Positions 23,411 through 36,115 of a stretch of 64,000 nucleotides of DNA are shown here, piece after piece. The stretch comes from Mobula hypostoma (lineage: Eukaryota): the NCBI RefSeq assembly GCF_963921235.1, contig NC_086108.1, positions 116,872,001 through 116,936,000 of the forward strand, written 5' to 3'. Within the stretch, counting starts at the first letter, position 1; each line of letters opens with the position of its first letter. The notes below the pieces were generated by a model. That model was not told where the DNA came from, did no database searches, and saw nothing but the letters and a program-made list of their open reading frames with translations. Made by a program: the position numbers and the translations under genes.

Positions 23411-26400
23411 TGTAGGAGTGGAGCTTTGAGGCTTTGGCTCGAGAGCCTTCGGTGAGCAGAGGCTGAGGACGAGTTTGCTCCCAGTGAAGTAAAGCCGGGT
23501 AAGTTTCTTTAATTAATTTAATTAACTTAGGAGTTGGTAATGGAGGTAGTAGATAGGACAGTCCAGTGCTCTGATTGTATGATGTGGGAAGTCAGGGACA
23601 GCACAATTGTCTCTGATGACTACTCCCGCAAAAGGTGCATTCAGCTGTAGCTCCTGTTAAACTGAGTTAGGGAACTGGAGCTGGATGAACTTCAGATCAT
23701 TCGGGAGGCAGAGGCAGTAATAGATCAGAGTTTCAGGGAGACAGTCACCTCTATAAGTCAAGAGGCAGGTAGATGGGTGACTGTCAGGAGAGGGAAGGGG
23801 AATAGACAGAATGAGCAGAGCACCCCTGTGGCCATTCCCATCAATAATAAGTATACCGTTTTGGATACTGTTGGTGAGGACGGCCTACCAGGGACAAGTT
23901 GGAGTGATCGTGTCTCTGGCACCGAGACTGGACCCTTAGCTCAGAAAGGAAGGAGGGAAAAGAGGAGAGAAGTAGTGATAGGGAATTCGATAGTTAGTGG
24001 GACAGATAGGAGGTTCTGTGGGAGAGATCAAGAATCCCAGATGGTCTGTTGCCTCCCTGGTGTCAGGGTCCGCGATATCTCAGATCGAGTTCTCGGTATT
24101 CTCAGGAGAGAGGGTGAGCAGCCAGATGTCGTGGTCCACATGGGGACCAATGACATAGATAGGAGTAGGGATGAGGTCCTGAAGAAGGAATATAGGGAGT
24201 TAGGAAAGAAGTTAAAAAGCAGGACCTCAAGGGTGGTAATCTCGGGATTGCTGCCTGTGCCACGAGACAGAGAGGGTAGGAACAGGAAGTTATGACAGAT
24301 GAATGCGTGGCTGAAGAGTTGGTGCAGGGGGCGGGGGTTCAGATTTCTGGATCATTGGGATCTCTTCTGGGGAAGGTCTGACCTGTACAAAAAGGCCGGG
24401 CTGCACCTGAACTGGAAAGGGACCAGGTTTGCTAGAGCTGTTGGGGAGGGTTTAAACTAGTTTGGCGGTGGGGGGGGGGGGAATCAGAATGTGAGTGCAG
24501 AGATTGGGGGAGAAGGACAAGGGCATGATACTACGTGTTCTGAGTTGGTGAGGAAGGACAGGCAGGAGACAAAACATAAATGTAGCCAGTTAGAGGAGTT
24601 GAAATGTGTCTATTTTAACGCTCGGAGTATTAGAAATAAAGGGGATGAACTTACAGCATGGATCAGTACGTGGAACTATGATGTTGTGGCCGTTACTGAA
24701 ACTTGGCTGGAGGAAGGGCAGATTTGGCTGATACAGGTACCGGGTTTAGGTGTTTTAAAACGAATAGGATGGGAGGTAGAAAAGGTGGGGAGTAGCATTA
24801 CTGGTCAGGGATAGTATCACGGCTATAGAAAGAGAGGACACTGCAGAGAGAGTCGGTGTGGGTGGAAGTTAGAAATAGGAAGGGATCAATCACTGTGCTG
24901 GGAGTAGTCTACAGGCCCCCAAATAGCCCTCGGGACACCGTGGAGCAGATAAGCCGGCAGATTTTAGAATGGTGCAGGAAATACAGGGTTGTAGTTCTGG
25001 GTGATTTCAACTTCCCTCATATTGACTGGCACCTCCTGACTGCAAGGGGGATAGATGGGGCTGAATTTGTCAGGTGTGTTCAAGAAGGATTCCTGACACA
25101 GTATGTGGACCGGCCGACGAGAGGAGAGGCCATACTGGATCCAGTTCTGGGTAATGAACCTGGTCAGGTGGCAGACCTCTTGGGAACATTTTGGTGAGAG
25201 TGACCACAACTCCCTTAGCTTCAGCATAGCTATGGAAAAGGATAAAAGCAGACAAAATGGGAAAGTGCTTAACTGGGGAAGGGCTAACTATGAAGGGATG
25301 GGGCAGGAACTAGCGAGAGTAAATTGGAAACAGATGTTCAAAGGTGAAAGCACAGAAGTTATGTGGAAGAAGTTCAGGGACCACTTGTGCTGGGTTCAGG
25401 ATAGGTTTATCCCACTGAGACAAGGAAAAAATGGTAGGAAAAGGGAACCATGGCTGATGAAACACATGAGACAACTCGTCAAGAGGAAGAAGGAAGCATA
25501 TCTTAGATCTAAGAAGCAGGAAGCAGGAGGGGCTCATGAGAAATATAGGGTAGGCAGGAAGGAGCTTAAGAAAGGACTTAGAAGAGCACAAAGGGGGCAT
25601 GAGAAGGCCTTGGCATGTAGGAGTAAGGAGAACCCCAAGGCGTTCTGTGGGTATGTGAAGAACAGAAGGTTGACAAGAATGGAGGTGGGACCTCTAAAGG
25701 ACAAAGAAGGCATCATGTACCTGGAGGCGGAGGAGGTTGGGGAGGTCCTAAATGAATACTTTGCTTCAGAATTCACAAGTGAAAAGGACCCTGATCAGGG
25801 TGAGGTCAAAATAGAACAGGCCTGTGTGCTGGACGACGTGGAGATTAAGGAAGAAGAAGTGTTGGAACTTCTTAAAAACATCAACATTGATAAGTCCCCA
25901 GGGCCGGACGTGATATACCCCAGGTTGCTGGTGAGACCACACTTAGAGTATTGTGCTCAGTTCCGGTCACCTCATTATGGGAAGGATGTGGAAGCTATGG
26001 AGAGGGTGCAGAGGAGATTTACCAGGATTTAAATCTCCTATAATGGATTGGAAAACAAGTCTTATGAGGCAAGGTTAGCAGAGCTGGGACTTTTCTCTTT
26101 GGAGTAGATGGATGAGATGGGACTTGATGGAGGTCTAGAAGATTATGAGAGGCATAGATAGGATGGATAGCCAGTACCTGTTTCCCAGGGCACGAATAGC
26201 AAACACCAGAGGGCATATGTACAAAGTTAAGGGAGGGAAGTTTAGGGGAGACATCAAGGGTAAGTTTTTTACACAGAGGGTTGTGGGTGCCTGGAATGAC
26301 TTGCCAGGGATGGTGGTGGAGGCTAAAACATTTGGGGTATTTAAGAGCCTCTTGGACAGGCACATGGATGAAAGAAAAATAGAGGATTACAGGGTAGTGT

Positions 26401-26494
26401 GGGTTTGGTACGTTTTTTAAAGGAATATATGGGTCGGCACAACATCGAGGGCCGAAGGGCCTGTACTGTGCTGTCGTATTCTAGTGTCTAGTGT
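23411..26494 (+). mobile_element. CR1 LINE with partial 5'UTR, ORF1, APE and 3' end, but RT core deleted
   Basis: 5'UTR and ORF1 match 11137-11880; APE motifs present; DVIYPRLL fused directly to VRPHLEY at 25930/25931; (TCTAGTG)n tail. Confidence 0.92.
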
Positions 26495-26497
26495 CAC

Positions 26498-26625
26498 TTA
26501 TCCCCTTTAAACCCCTCCCCCCCACATCTCCTTTAAACCCCTCCCCCACATCTCCTTTAAACCCCTCCCCCCCACATCTCCTTTAAACACCCCCAACACA
26601 CCCCGTTTGAACCTCCTCCTTCTAA
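26498..26625. repeat. Short tandem repeat CCCCACATCTCCTTTAAACCCCT (about 4 copies)
   Basis: Directly visible. Confidence 0.85.
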
Positions 26626-26649
26626 TTTAGCCTTTACCCTCTGGTTTTT

Positions 26650-27090
26650 GACAATTCCATCTTGGACTGTTTGCCATATCTGTGACTCTCGTAGTCATGC
26701 AGACCTCTCTCAGATCTTCCCTCCACTCCTCAGCCTCTGGCACTCCACAGTAAACAACCCATGTTTGTCCAACACCTCCCTATCACTCATACACTCTATT
26801 CGTGTCAGCTTCCTGATGAACCTCTTCTGTGCCCTCTCAGAAGCCTCTACATCCTTTCTGCGATAGGGAGACCAGAACTAAATGAAGGCCTAACCAGTTT
26901 TACACGCTGTAACATAAACTCCTGACTTTTATACACTCTGGCTGACCTGTAAAGTCCAACATGTTGGCCATTTGAGTGGCCATTTTCTGGGAGCTAAGGA
27001 CTTGCAGCCCAAGATCCTTCTGTTTATCAGTGTGACTCTGTGCCCTGCCATTTACTGTATTGTTTTCTCCTACTTTTGACCAAATGTTCC
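26650..27090 (-). mobile_element. Old CR1 ORF2 fragment
   Basis: KQKDLGLQV..QKMATQ; FWSP-like and RMRGDL-like remnants. Confidence 0.7.
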
Positions 27091-27096
27091 CCCCTA

Positions 27097-27423
27097 GGTG
27101 AGGAGGGATAGCCCTGCCATTCAGTGTGTGTATCTGATACCGTGCATTTATCAATGAGGGAGGTGAGGAGGGCTAGCCCTGCCATTCACAGTGTGTGTAT
27201 CTGATGCATTTATCAATGGGGGAGGTGAGGTGGGATAACCCTGCCATTCACAGTGTGTGTATCTGATACCGTGCATTTATCAATGGGCAAGGTGAGGAGG
27301 GATAGCCCTGCCATTCACAGTGTGTGTATCTGATGCATTTATCAATGGGGGAGGTGAGGAGGGATAGCCCTACCATTCAGTGTGCGTATCTGATACCGTG
27401 CACTTATCAATAGGAGAGGTGGG
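27097..27423. repeat. 62-67-bp tandem repeat, 5 copies
   Basis: ggtgaggagggatagccctgccattc(ac)agtgtgtgtatctga(taccg)tgcatttatcaatgggg starting at about 27097, 27162, 27224, 27291 and 27353. Confidence 0.93.
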
Positions 27424-27553
27424 GAGTGTTCAGCTGTTGTCTGTGAGGTGAGTGTGTCACAGTTTTCAGCTTTAACACCTGGGTGAAGTTGCTCGTCTGT
27501 CTGATCAATATGCATGAGCAACAGCTTTTGTCCGCAGAGAAAGGGTCACTCAC

Positions 27554-27607
27554 CGGAGGTCCGTCGGCTCCTCGGAGACCTGGGAGACCAGCTTTTCCCT
27601 GAGGACC
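27554..27607 (-). CDS. COL11A1-like: Collagen exon, 54 bp: GPQGKAGLPGLRGADGPP
   Basis: Acceptor ccccacag, donor GTGAGT; 89-bp intron from the previous exon. Confidence 0.95.
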
Positions 27608-27696
27608 CTGTGGGGAGAACACCATGGACAAGTGTCAGGAAGTCCACGGCGGATACAAGCCAACCCGTCACTGCTGTTGTCCACTGCTGGCCTTAC

Positions 27697-27741
27697 CTTT
27701 GCTCCTGGGGGTCCGATCGTGCCTTGAGGTCCGGGGAGACC
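27697..27741 (-). CDS. COL11A1-like: Collagen exon, 45 bp: GLPGPQGTIGPPGAK
   Basis: Acceptor tgttcag, donor GTAAGG. Confidence 0.95.
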
Positions 27742-28571
27742 CTGAACAAAGAGATAGGAAGGTTCTAGTCATGATGGGCTATTGCGAGCTCAGGTACGTA
27801 AGAATGTCTTTGAATTTCCCAAACACAGAATGAGGAATGGAAGGGAGGGAGGGAGAGAGAGAGGGCGAGGGATGTACAAAGAGGGAGAGTGGGATGGAGA
27901 GGAGACAGACAGGGGGGATGCGGGACAGAATGAGGGGGAACTCAATGAAGGGAGAGTGAGTAACAGACAGAGGAGGTAGGGGAGGGGGAAGGATAAATGG
28001 GGGTGGGGAAAGAGGGATGAACGTAGGGGGTGAAGGGGGACAGACAGGCGGGGGGAAGGGTGATGGATGAGGGGGGAGGGAGATGGACAGAGGGGCAAAG
28101 GGGGATGGACAGAGGAGGACAGAATTGAAGCGGGGAAGGGGGATAGGGACAGATGAACAGGGACATGGAGAAGGACGAGTGGGGAGGGGGGAGGGTGGAA
28201 GTGGGACTGAGGGCAGATATCAGGCATTTATACAGGACAAATACTGACACCAAATGTAGACCTGTAACTCGCCCACATTCACCGACTCCCCCCAACACAT
28301 TCCCACCCACCCACACCATCCCCACCCCCTACCCCATCACCATGATTCCCTCACCTCCTCCCCATCCATAACCCCAACACTTCGCTTTCCCTTTACTCTA
28401 GAATTCTCCCTACCCTTAACCGACGCCTAAGCCCCACCCGCACACCCTAACTCTCACCTTACCAGACAAAATCCCCACAACCTACAACCTCCATCTCTTA
28501 TCCCTTCCTTCACTCCCAACTCCTCCCCCAGAGCCTCCAGCCACTCCCCTCCCTCTGTAGTTCACACTCAC

Positions 28572-28625
28572 CTGGGGCCCCGGAATCCCCTGTTGTCCTG
28601 CAGGGCCCGGCTCGCCTTGAGGACC
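28572..28625 (-). CDS. COL11A1-like: Collagen exon, 54 bp: GPQGEPGPAGQQGIPGPQ
   Basis: Acceptor tctgcag, donor GTGAGT. Confidence 0.96.
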
Positions 28626-29956
28626 CTGCAGATTGGAGGAGGTGAAGAGTGAGTGAGAGAGGGAAATGGTGAGGAAAAGGGAGGGAGGGGGAGTGGGAGA
28701 GGGGGAGGGTCGTGGGGTGACAGAGAGGGAGGGCAAGAGGGGCATTGAGAGGAAGGAGATGGAGAGGGAGAGGAGGAGAGAGAGGGAGAGAGATAGAGTC
28801 ATTGCTGTGAAGCTGCCCCCCCAGTACAAGAAACTCCTTTCCCATCCCCTTCCTGCCCTCCCATCACTCTGCTCTTTCCACTCCCATTGCCCCCCCCAAT
28901 ACTCTTCCCCCACTCTCCCTTCACTATCCTCTCCTTCCCCTGCAATCACCATGAGTCCAAGGTGATGTGGTTAATCGGACGGTGACAGAAGCTGCTGGCC
29001 GATCTGATCCTGGTCTCACTGGACGTCTATGACTAATGCCGTTTTGCAGATGTTTGTGATATCAGTGATCAATAAGTTTATGGATGACGAGCAAGTTCTT
29101 GATGCTGTGGACAGTGACGGAGGTTGACTAGGCAGGGTATAAAACCAATAACTTTTTTTGATTTCCAGATCATGGCAGAGAGGGATGCAGACCCTGTACT
29201 GGGGAAATAACTTACTATAGTTGATACTGGAGGGTCAGCATGGACATAATCATAGAGTTTACAGCACCGAACAGGCCCTTCAGCCCTACTTGTCCATGTT
29301 GACCATTAGACTAGTCCCACACAGTGATCGAGTCAGAGAGCCATGCAGCATGGGTACAGATCCTTCTGCTCATCCAGTTTCTGCTGACCATGGTCCCAGC
29401 CCAGCTAGTCCCAATTTCCTGCATTTGGCTCATCTCCCTTGTCGGATCACAATTATTTTCAAACCCCGGCTTCTACTCGGAGCTCAAGAATGAGTAAGGA
29501 GCTAATTCTTCACAATCATTTATTTTAAAGCTTAACCAAATTCACAGACAAAGTAATGGTGATATAAGACAGATGAAAGACAAAAAAGGGAAAAAAAATG
29601 CAATAGACTATATGGTGCTTTTGGAAATCTATCCCCATTATACTCAGGATAGCAGAAATTCCTTAGATAGAGATAAACCGATAAAGGGTCAACACAATTA
29701 AAATATGAGTAGAATGTGCTAATATATTATTAACCAATTAAAAAATGAAAAAGTATATGAAACTGCTATACTACCTTCTGCCAGTAAGTGGGGATGAACC
29801 ACCACATACTGTGAAAAAGACATGAGTTTGTTAAACAAACAAGAGAGAATCTAGAGATGCTAGATATCCAAAGCCACTCACACAAAGTGGTGAAAGAACT
29901 CAGCAGGTCTGGTGGAAGCTCATGGCCCAAAATGTTGACTGTTTACTTTTTCCACT

Positions 29957-31040
29957 CCACCCCACCCAATCCATCACACCCACCCCACCTACCCCACCCA
30001 ACCCCATCCCACCTTCCCCACCCCACCTTCCCCACCCAACCCCATCCCACCACACCCACCCCACCTACCCCACCCAACCCCATCCCACCCCACCTACTCC
30101 ACCCAACCCCATCCCACCACACCCACACCACCTTCCCCACCCAACCCCATCCCACCACACCCACCCCACCTACCCCACCCAACCCCATCCCACCCCACCT
30201 ACCCCACCCAATCCCATCCCACCACACCCACCCCACCTTCCCCACCCAACCCCATCCCACCCCACCTACCCCACCTACCCCACCCAACCCCATCCCACCC
30301 CACCTACCCCACCCAACCCCATCCCACCACACCCACCCCACCTTCCCCACCCAACCCCATCCCACCACACCCACCCCACCTACCCCACCCAACCCCATCC
30401 CACCCCACCTACCCCACCCAACCCCATCCCACCACACCCACCCCACCTTCCCCACCCAACCCCATCCCACCACACCCACCCCACCTACCCCACCCAACCC
30501 CATCCCACCCCACCTACCCCACCCAACCCCATCCCACCACACCCACTCCACCTACCCCACACAACCCCATCCCACCCCACCTACCCCACCCAACCCCATC
30601 CCACCACACCCACCCCACCTTCCCCACCCAACCCCATCCCACCACACCCACCCCACCTACCCCACCCAACCCCATCCCAACCCACCTACCCCACCCAACC
30701 CCATCCCACCACACCCACCCCACCTTCCCCACCCAACCCCATCCCACCCCACCTACCCCACCCACCCCACCCAACCCCATCCCACCACACCCACCCCACC
30801 TTCCCCACCCAACCCCATCCCACCACACCCACCCCACCTACCCCACCCAACCCCATCCCACCCCACCTACCCCACCCAACCCCATCCCACCACACCCACC
30901 CCACCTTCCCCACCCAACCCCATCCCACCACACCCACCTCACCTACCCCACCCAACCCCATCCCACCCCACCTACCCCACCCAACCCCATCCCACCACAC
31001 CCACCCCACCTACCCCACCCAACCCCATTCCACACCCCCC
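29957..31040. repeat. C-rich (G-rich on minus) minisatellite of 38- and 29-bp monomers with 105-bp higher-order repeat
   Basis: ccccacccaaccccatcccaccacacccaccccacct(t/a) and ccccacccaaccccatcccaccccaccta; 35-aa periodicity in the overlapping ORFs. Confidence 0.95.
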
Positions 31041-33290
31041 ATGTAATTATCTAAATGTTTCTTAAACAATTCTATTGTATCTGCCTCAACAACAAATTCT
31101 GGTAACTTGTTCCATACACTCATCACCATTAAATTTTTCCTTCACCCTAAACCTAAGCCCCCCAGATCTGATCTCCCCTACCCTGGGGAAAAGACTGTCA
31201 CTGTCCACCTTATTTTGCCTCTCATATTTTATACTGTACGTCTCTGTAAGGTTGTCTATCATTCACCTGCATTTCAATGAATAAACACCTGGCCAGGCCA
31301 ACATTTCCCTATCTCTCAGTCCTGGCAGGTTATCATAAATCCCCTTTGTACTCCCTCCATTTTAATAACATCTTTCCTATAGGAAGAAAACCAAAACTGT
31401 ACATCCATGTGAATCTTTCCTGCACCCTCCCTAGCTTAATCACATCTTTCCTAGTGTTTGACGATAAAACTGCTACACTGATCTCACCAACATCCTCGAC
31501 AACTGCCATATAACTCTTGTATTCAGTACCCTAACTGATGGAGGTCAGTGTGCTAAATACCTTGGATTTCAGCAAGGCATTTGATAAGGCACCCCATGCA
31601 AGGCTTACTGAGAAAGTAAGGAGGCATGGGATCCAAGGGGACATTGCTTTCTGCATCCAGAACTGGCTTGCCCACAGAAGGCAAAGAGTGGTTGTGGATG
31701 AGTCATATTCTGCATGGAGGTTGGTGACCAGTGGTGAGCCTCAGGGATCTGTCCTACTCTTTGTGATTTTTATAAATGACCTGGATGAGTAAGTGGAGGG
31801 ATGGGTTTGTATATTTGCTGATGACACAAAGGTTGGGGGTGTTGAGGATAGTGTGGAGGGTTGTCCGAGGTTACAGCGGGACATTGATAGGATGCAAAAC
31901 TGGGCTTGGACTGAGAAGTGGCAGATGGAGTTCAGCTAAGTGTGAGGTGGTTCATTTTGGTAGGTCAAATATGATGGGAGAATATAGTATTAATGGTAAG
32001 ACTCTTGACAGTGTGGAGGATCAGAGGAATTTTGGGGTCCTAGTCCAAGGGACACTCAAAGCAGCTGCGGAGGTTGACCCTATGGTTAAGAAGGCATACG
32101 GTGTATTGGCTTTCATTAATCATGGAATTGAATTTAGGAACCGAGAGGTAATGTTGCACCTACATGGGACCCCGGTCAGACCCTACTGGAGTACTGTGCT
32201 CAGTTCTGGTTGCCTCACTACGGGAAGGATGTGGAAGCCACAGAATGGGTGCAGAGGAGATTTACAAGGATGTTGCCTGGATTGGGGAGCACGTCTTATG
32301 AAAACAGGTTGAGTGAACTTGGCCTTTTCTCCTTGGAGCGATGGAGGATGAGAGGTGACCTGATAGAGGTGTATAAGATGATGAGAGGCATTGATCGTGT
32401 GGATAGTCAGAGGCTTTTTCCCGGGGTTGAAATGGTTGCTACAAGAGGAAACAAGTTTAAGGCGCTGGGGAGTAGGTACAGAGGAGATGTCAGGGGTAAG
32501 TTTTTTTACGCAGAGAGTGGTGAGTGTGTGGAATGGGCTGCCGGCAACGGTGGTGGAGGCGGATACAATAGGGTCTTTTAAGAGACTTTTGGATAGGTAC
32601 ATGGAGCTTAGAAAAATAGAGGGCTATGGGTAATCCTAGGTAATTTCTAAGGTTGGGACATGTTCGGCACAACTTTGTGGGCCGAAGGGCCTGTATTGTG
32701 CTGTAGGTTTTCAATGTTTCTATGAATTTCTCTTGCCAGAGATTGGCGAATCTGTGGATTTCTTTGCCACAGACAACTGTGGAGGCCAAATCTTTAGGTA
32801 TATTTAGGCAGAGGTTGATAGATTCTTGATTGGTCAAGGCATGAAGGCGTATGAGGAAAAGGCCGGAGATTGGGACTGAGGGAAAAATTGGATTAGCCAT
32901 GATGAAATAGTGGAGCAGACTCGATGGGGCAAATGGCCTAATTCTGCTGATTATATCTTATAGTCTTATAGTCTTATTGTCATTCACTGTGAAAAGGCTG
33001 TTCCGGTTTGACTTTCCAAAATGCAAAACCTCAGATTTATCTGGATTGAAATCTATCTGCCATTTCTCAATCCACATCCCCAGCTGATCCAAATACCCCC
33101 GCTTTTTCATAACTTACTATACTGTCTACAACATGATCTATTTTAACGTCTAACTGATTCAAATGCAAATCAGTTACATAAACCACAAACAATAAATGTG
33201 ACTTCACCAACCCCTGTGACACACGACTAGACACAGACGTCCAGTTTGAGAAACAGTCCTCTACTTTCTACCATTGAATCCTGTACTGGA
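31040..33290. mobile_element. Old minus-strand CR1 remnant interrupted by plus-strand CR1 3' parts (about 31557-32725 and 32725-32975)
   Basis: LDFSKAFDK, MRGDLIEVYKM, FFTQRVVSVWNGLP; two distinct 3' tails. Confidence 0.88.
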
Positions 33291-33789
33291 CTTCTCTGTA
33301 TCTCCAAGGTAGAGGAGGAAAAGGCAGAACTCAGAAAGGGAGAGGGAGAAGAGGAGGGGAAATAATTCAGAGGGAGCGAGGGAGGAGAGCTGGAGAGGAC
33401 AGCGGAAGAGAAGGGAAGTTAGGAAAAATGATAGAGGAGGAAGGAGGAAGGAGAGCAGGAGAGGGGGAGGGAAGAGGGAGGAGGTCAGATGTCAGTGACA
33501 GGAGGACAAAAGGAAGGAATGCAGGGAAGAACGGGGGACGGGTGGACAGAGGATGGTATTGCGGAGAGTGCAGGCAATGTAGAGATGTGGTGGAGGAGGG
33601 AGATATGGAAGGGTAAAAGGAAGGGAGAATGGAGAGAGAGAGAGGAAGAGAGAGACAGATGGAGAGAGGCTCTAGGGAGAGGGGAGGGGGAGAAGGGAAA
33701 GCGGGTGAGGGAAAGATGAGAGAGAGGGAGAAGGGAGAGGGGAAGATGGGAAATGGCAGAGGGGCAGAAGAAAAGATGAGAAATTTTGT

Positions 33790-34036
33790 GAGGAACAAAC
33801 ATCTGTCTGAAAAACTGCTTCTTTCCGAGGGCTGTTGTACAGCTGAATGTGCAACTACATCCTGGCTTTTGAGTGTTCTGAAATGTCAAATCTCTTGTTG
33901 CATGTAAATATGTTTTTTTAATTAGGCCGTACTACGGGCACTGTAAATATCTGTTTTGCACAGACTGGAGTAGCACCACAATCTCATTGTCTTGAGCAAT
34001 GGCAATAAAGTTCTATTTGATTCTAGTCTGTTCTAA
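33790..34036 (+). mobile_element. Rex1/Babar-like 3' remnant
   Basis: LKNCFFPRAV.QLN motif, AATAAA and TTCTA-like tail. Confidence 0.6.
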
Positions 34037-34176
34037 CCCCTAAATCACCAAGCTACAGAGAAGGAGAAAGTGCTGGAAGTGAGGGTGGTGTGGATGGGTG
34101 ACAAGTGGTCAGCATGAACTTGGCTTGTTTCCTGTACTGTCGGAGTCTGTGAGGTCAGTGACCTGGACATACTCAC

Positions 34177-34221
34177 CATGTTTCCTTTGGGCCCCTGAGG
34201 TCCATCCAAACCAGAAGGTCC
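34177..34221 (-). CDS. COL11A1-like: Collagen exon, 45 bp: GPSGLDGPQGPKGNM
   Basis: Acceptor ctttcag, donor GTGAGT. Confidence 0.95.
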
Positions 34222-34553
34222 CTGAAAGAATAAAATGAATCAAACACCACTTAATTCCTCCAACACTGGAAGGCGTTTTGACACAGACTCACAGCTTCTG
34301 GTTCTAATGAACACAATCAAGTTAGGATGTCCACTCCGTCCACCGGGCCTGTACTGGCTCTGTGGGAGTCTCCACCCAATCCCGTTCCTTGCTCCCTCTC
34401 CAGGTCCTGGAATCTTTCCCCTCCCCCAAAAATCTACCTGGTGAACCCATTCCTACAGACCCACATCCACAGGGAACACCCTCCCCTCCCCTCTGCCCCC
34501 TCTCACAACCCAGCAAGAGAAAGAGGTGACTCGGAGGCCAGTCTGGGACGTAC

Positions 34554-34607
34554 GGGTTGTCCTGGAGGTCCGGGAGATCCTCGGGGCCCGAGAAGTCCTC
34601 TGGGACC
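34554..34607 (-). CDS. COL11A1-like: Collagen exon, 54 bp: GPRGLLGPRGSPGPPGQP
   Basis: Acceptor ctatgcag, donor GTACGT. Confidence 0.95.
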
Positions 34608-36003
34608 CTGCATAGAAAGATAGACAAGTTTCAAAGTGATTCCGTCAGCCTGAGCTTCAACATCTCTCCTCAACCTCATTTCATGGGGAATGGGGGCAAC
34701 GGAAGCTCCCTTGAGTCCGCCCCTCGGATCTGCGGGATATAGACCCCATCCTCCTTCTTGTCCCATCCCATTTCCCCGCAGACCTTTCCAGACCAAAATT
34801 CATCCATCGCAATACAGAATATCCTCAGCACTTGGAGAGCTGAATCCCAGAGTCGATCCCAAAGGTCCTGCCCACCCAGGGAAGGAATCCCTCTTGACTC
34901 TGTCCCCTCCTAAGATGTCACCTCCTCATGTTGTAGCCTATACCTTATATTACCCCTTCAGAATCTTCCTCCCTCTCACTCCATTGCACCGTGCAGTCAC
35001 CTCAGCAGCTCCCGTCCTGTACCAGGGAGTGAGCTCACTGCCCGGTAAGCAGACCAACCTCTGCCAGCGCACACCCCTGGCACTGCCCGGTAAGCAGACT
35101 AACCTCTGCCAGCACAGGAAGAGGCCACTCTGCCTGTCGAGCCTGTGTCAGCCCAGTCAGATCTTCCACTCAGTTCTGATACATTTCTCTTGTCCAGTAT
35201 CTCTGTAGCTGCAGTCACACATCCTGCCGTGGCCTGGAGGAGCCTGCATTCCATAATGGTACCACGTGGTAGAGGTTGCACCTGAAAGGGCTGCCCTGCA
35301 GGCTCTGGACATACTTCAGCCCCACACTCCTCATCTCTTGCCCTGGTGCAGAGGGGCGAGGGTCATTTGGGGAACTTCCTCATCTGTCCAAGGTGACAAT
35401 ATCCAGGTCTCAGCCATGGGTCATCAAGGGTTCCATCCAAGCTGAGTACCTGCCCCTCTTCCGAGGGGATGTCTGAGTCAAGAGTCACCAGAAAGGGAGC
35501 GCATGTTGTGCCCTCAGGCTCGTCCCAAGTCAGCTGGCCATCACCGGGCTGTGCTGCTCTGTTGCTTTTAATTTTAAAATGTTGTAAATTTGCAAGAAAG
35601 GTCACCTAATTTTATAAAAAAAGCTTTTGTTGACCCAAATCCCAGGGTCTCACTAAGATACTCCCAAGATACTCTTCCTCACTCTCTGGCCCTTCCGCCC
35701 TTCCCCTCCATCCTATTCTCTGGTGACTGGCCCTCCACACTCAATGATCCTGTTGGATCCCTTCACCTTCCCAGCTCTTACATTCTCTCCCCGAGGCAGA
35801 GTCACTCAACCTAGGGATGAAATATCAATCATTCCCCACCCACATACACCCATACAGGCTGGGCTCACAGCTGTTCAGTGATCTAGCAGTGGCCCAGTCA
35901 CATAGGTCACCATGGTTTGTTCAACCTCCATCTCAATGAGGCCCAGGACCCCGTTTCCCCATCCCACCATCTGAGATCCATGCTTCAGAAATGGCCAACT
36001 TAC

Positions 36004-36048
36004 AGCTTCTCCAGGCAACCCTCGGGGTCCGATCTCACCATCATCTCC
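36004..36048 (-). CDS. COL11A1-like: Collagen exon, 45 bp: GDDGEIGPRGLPGEA
   Basis: Acceptor cttctag, donor GTAAGT. Confidence 0.96.
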
Positions 36049-36115
36049 CTAGAAGATAAATGCAGAATAAGGTGGGTGAGTGGCGGGGAGAACTGATCAA
36101 CAGAAGACCTTTGAA

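Noticed and set aside
27097..27423. CRISPR-like periodicity (62-67 bp)
   Set aside because: The whole unit is repeated; no variable spacers.
29857..31065. 402- and 374-aa Pro/His/Thr ORFs
   Set aside because: Translation artefacts of the C-rich minisatellite; open in multiple frames and on both strands.
35036..35113. Two-copy 33-bp duplication containing CGGTAAGC (45-bp period)
   Set aside because: The 45-bp period resembles a collagen exon size, but it encodes no Gly-X-Y and the donor-like motif is on the wrong strand; a simple local duplication.
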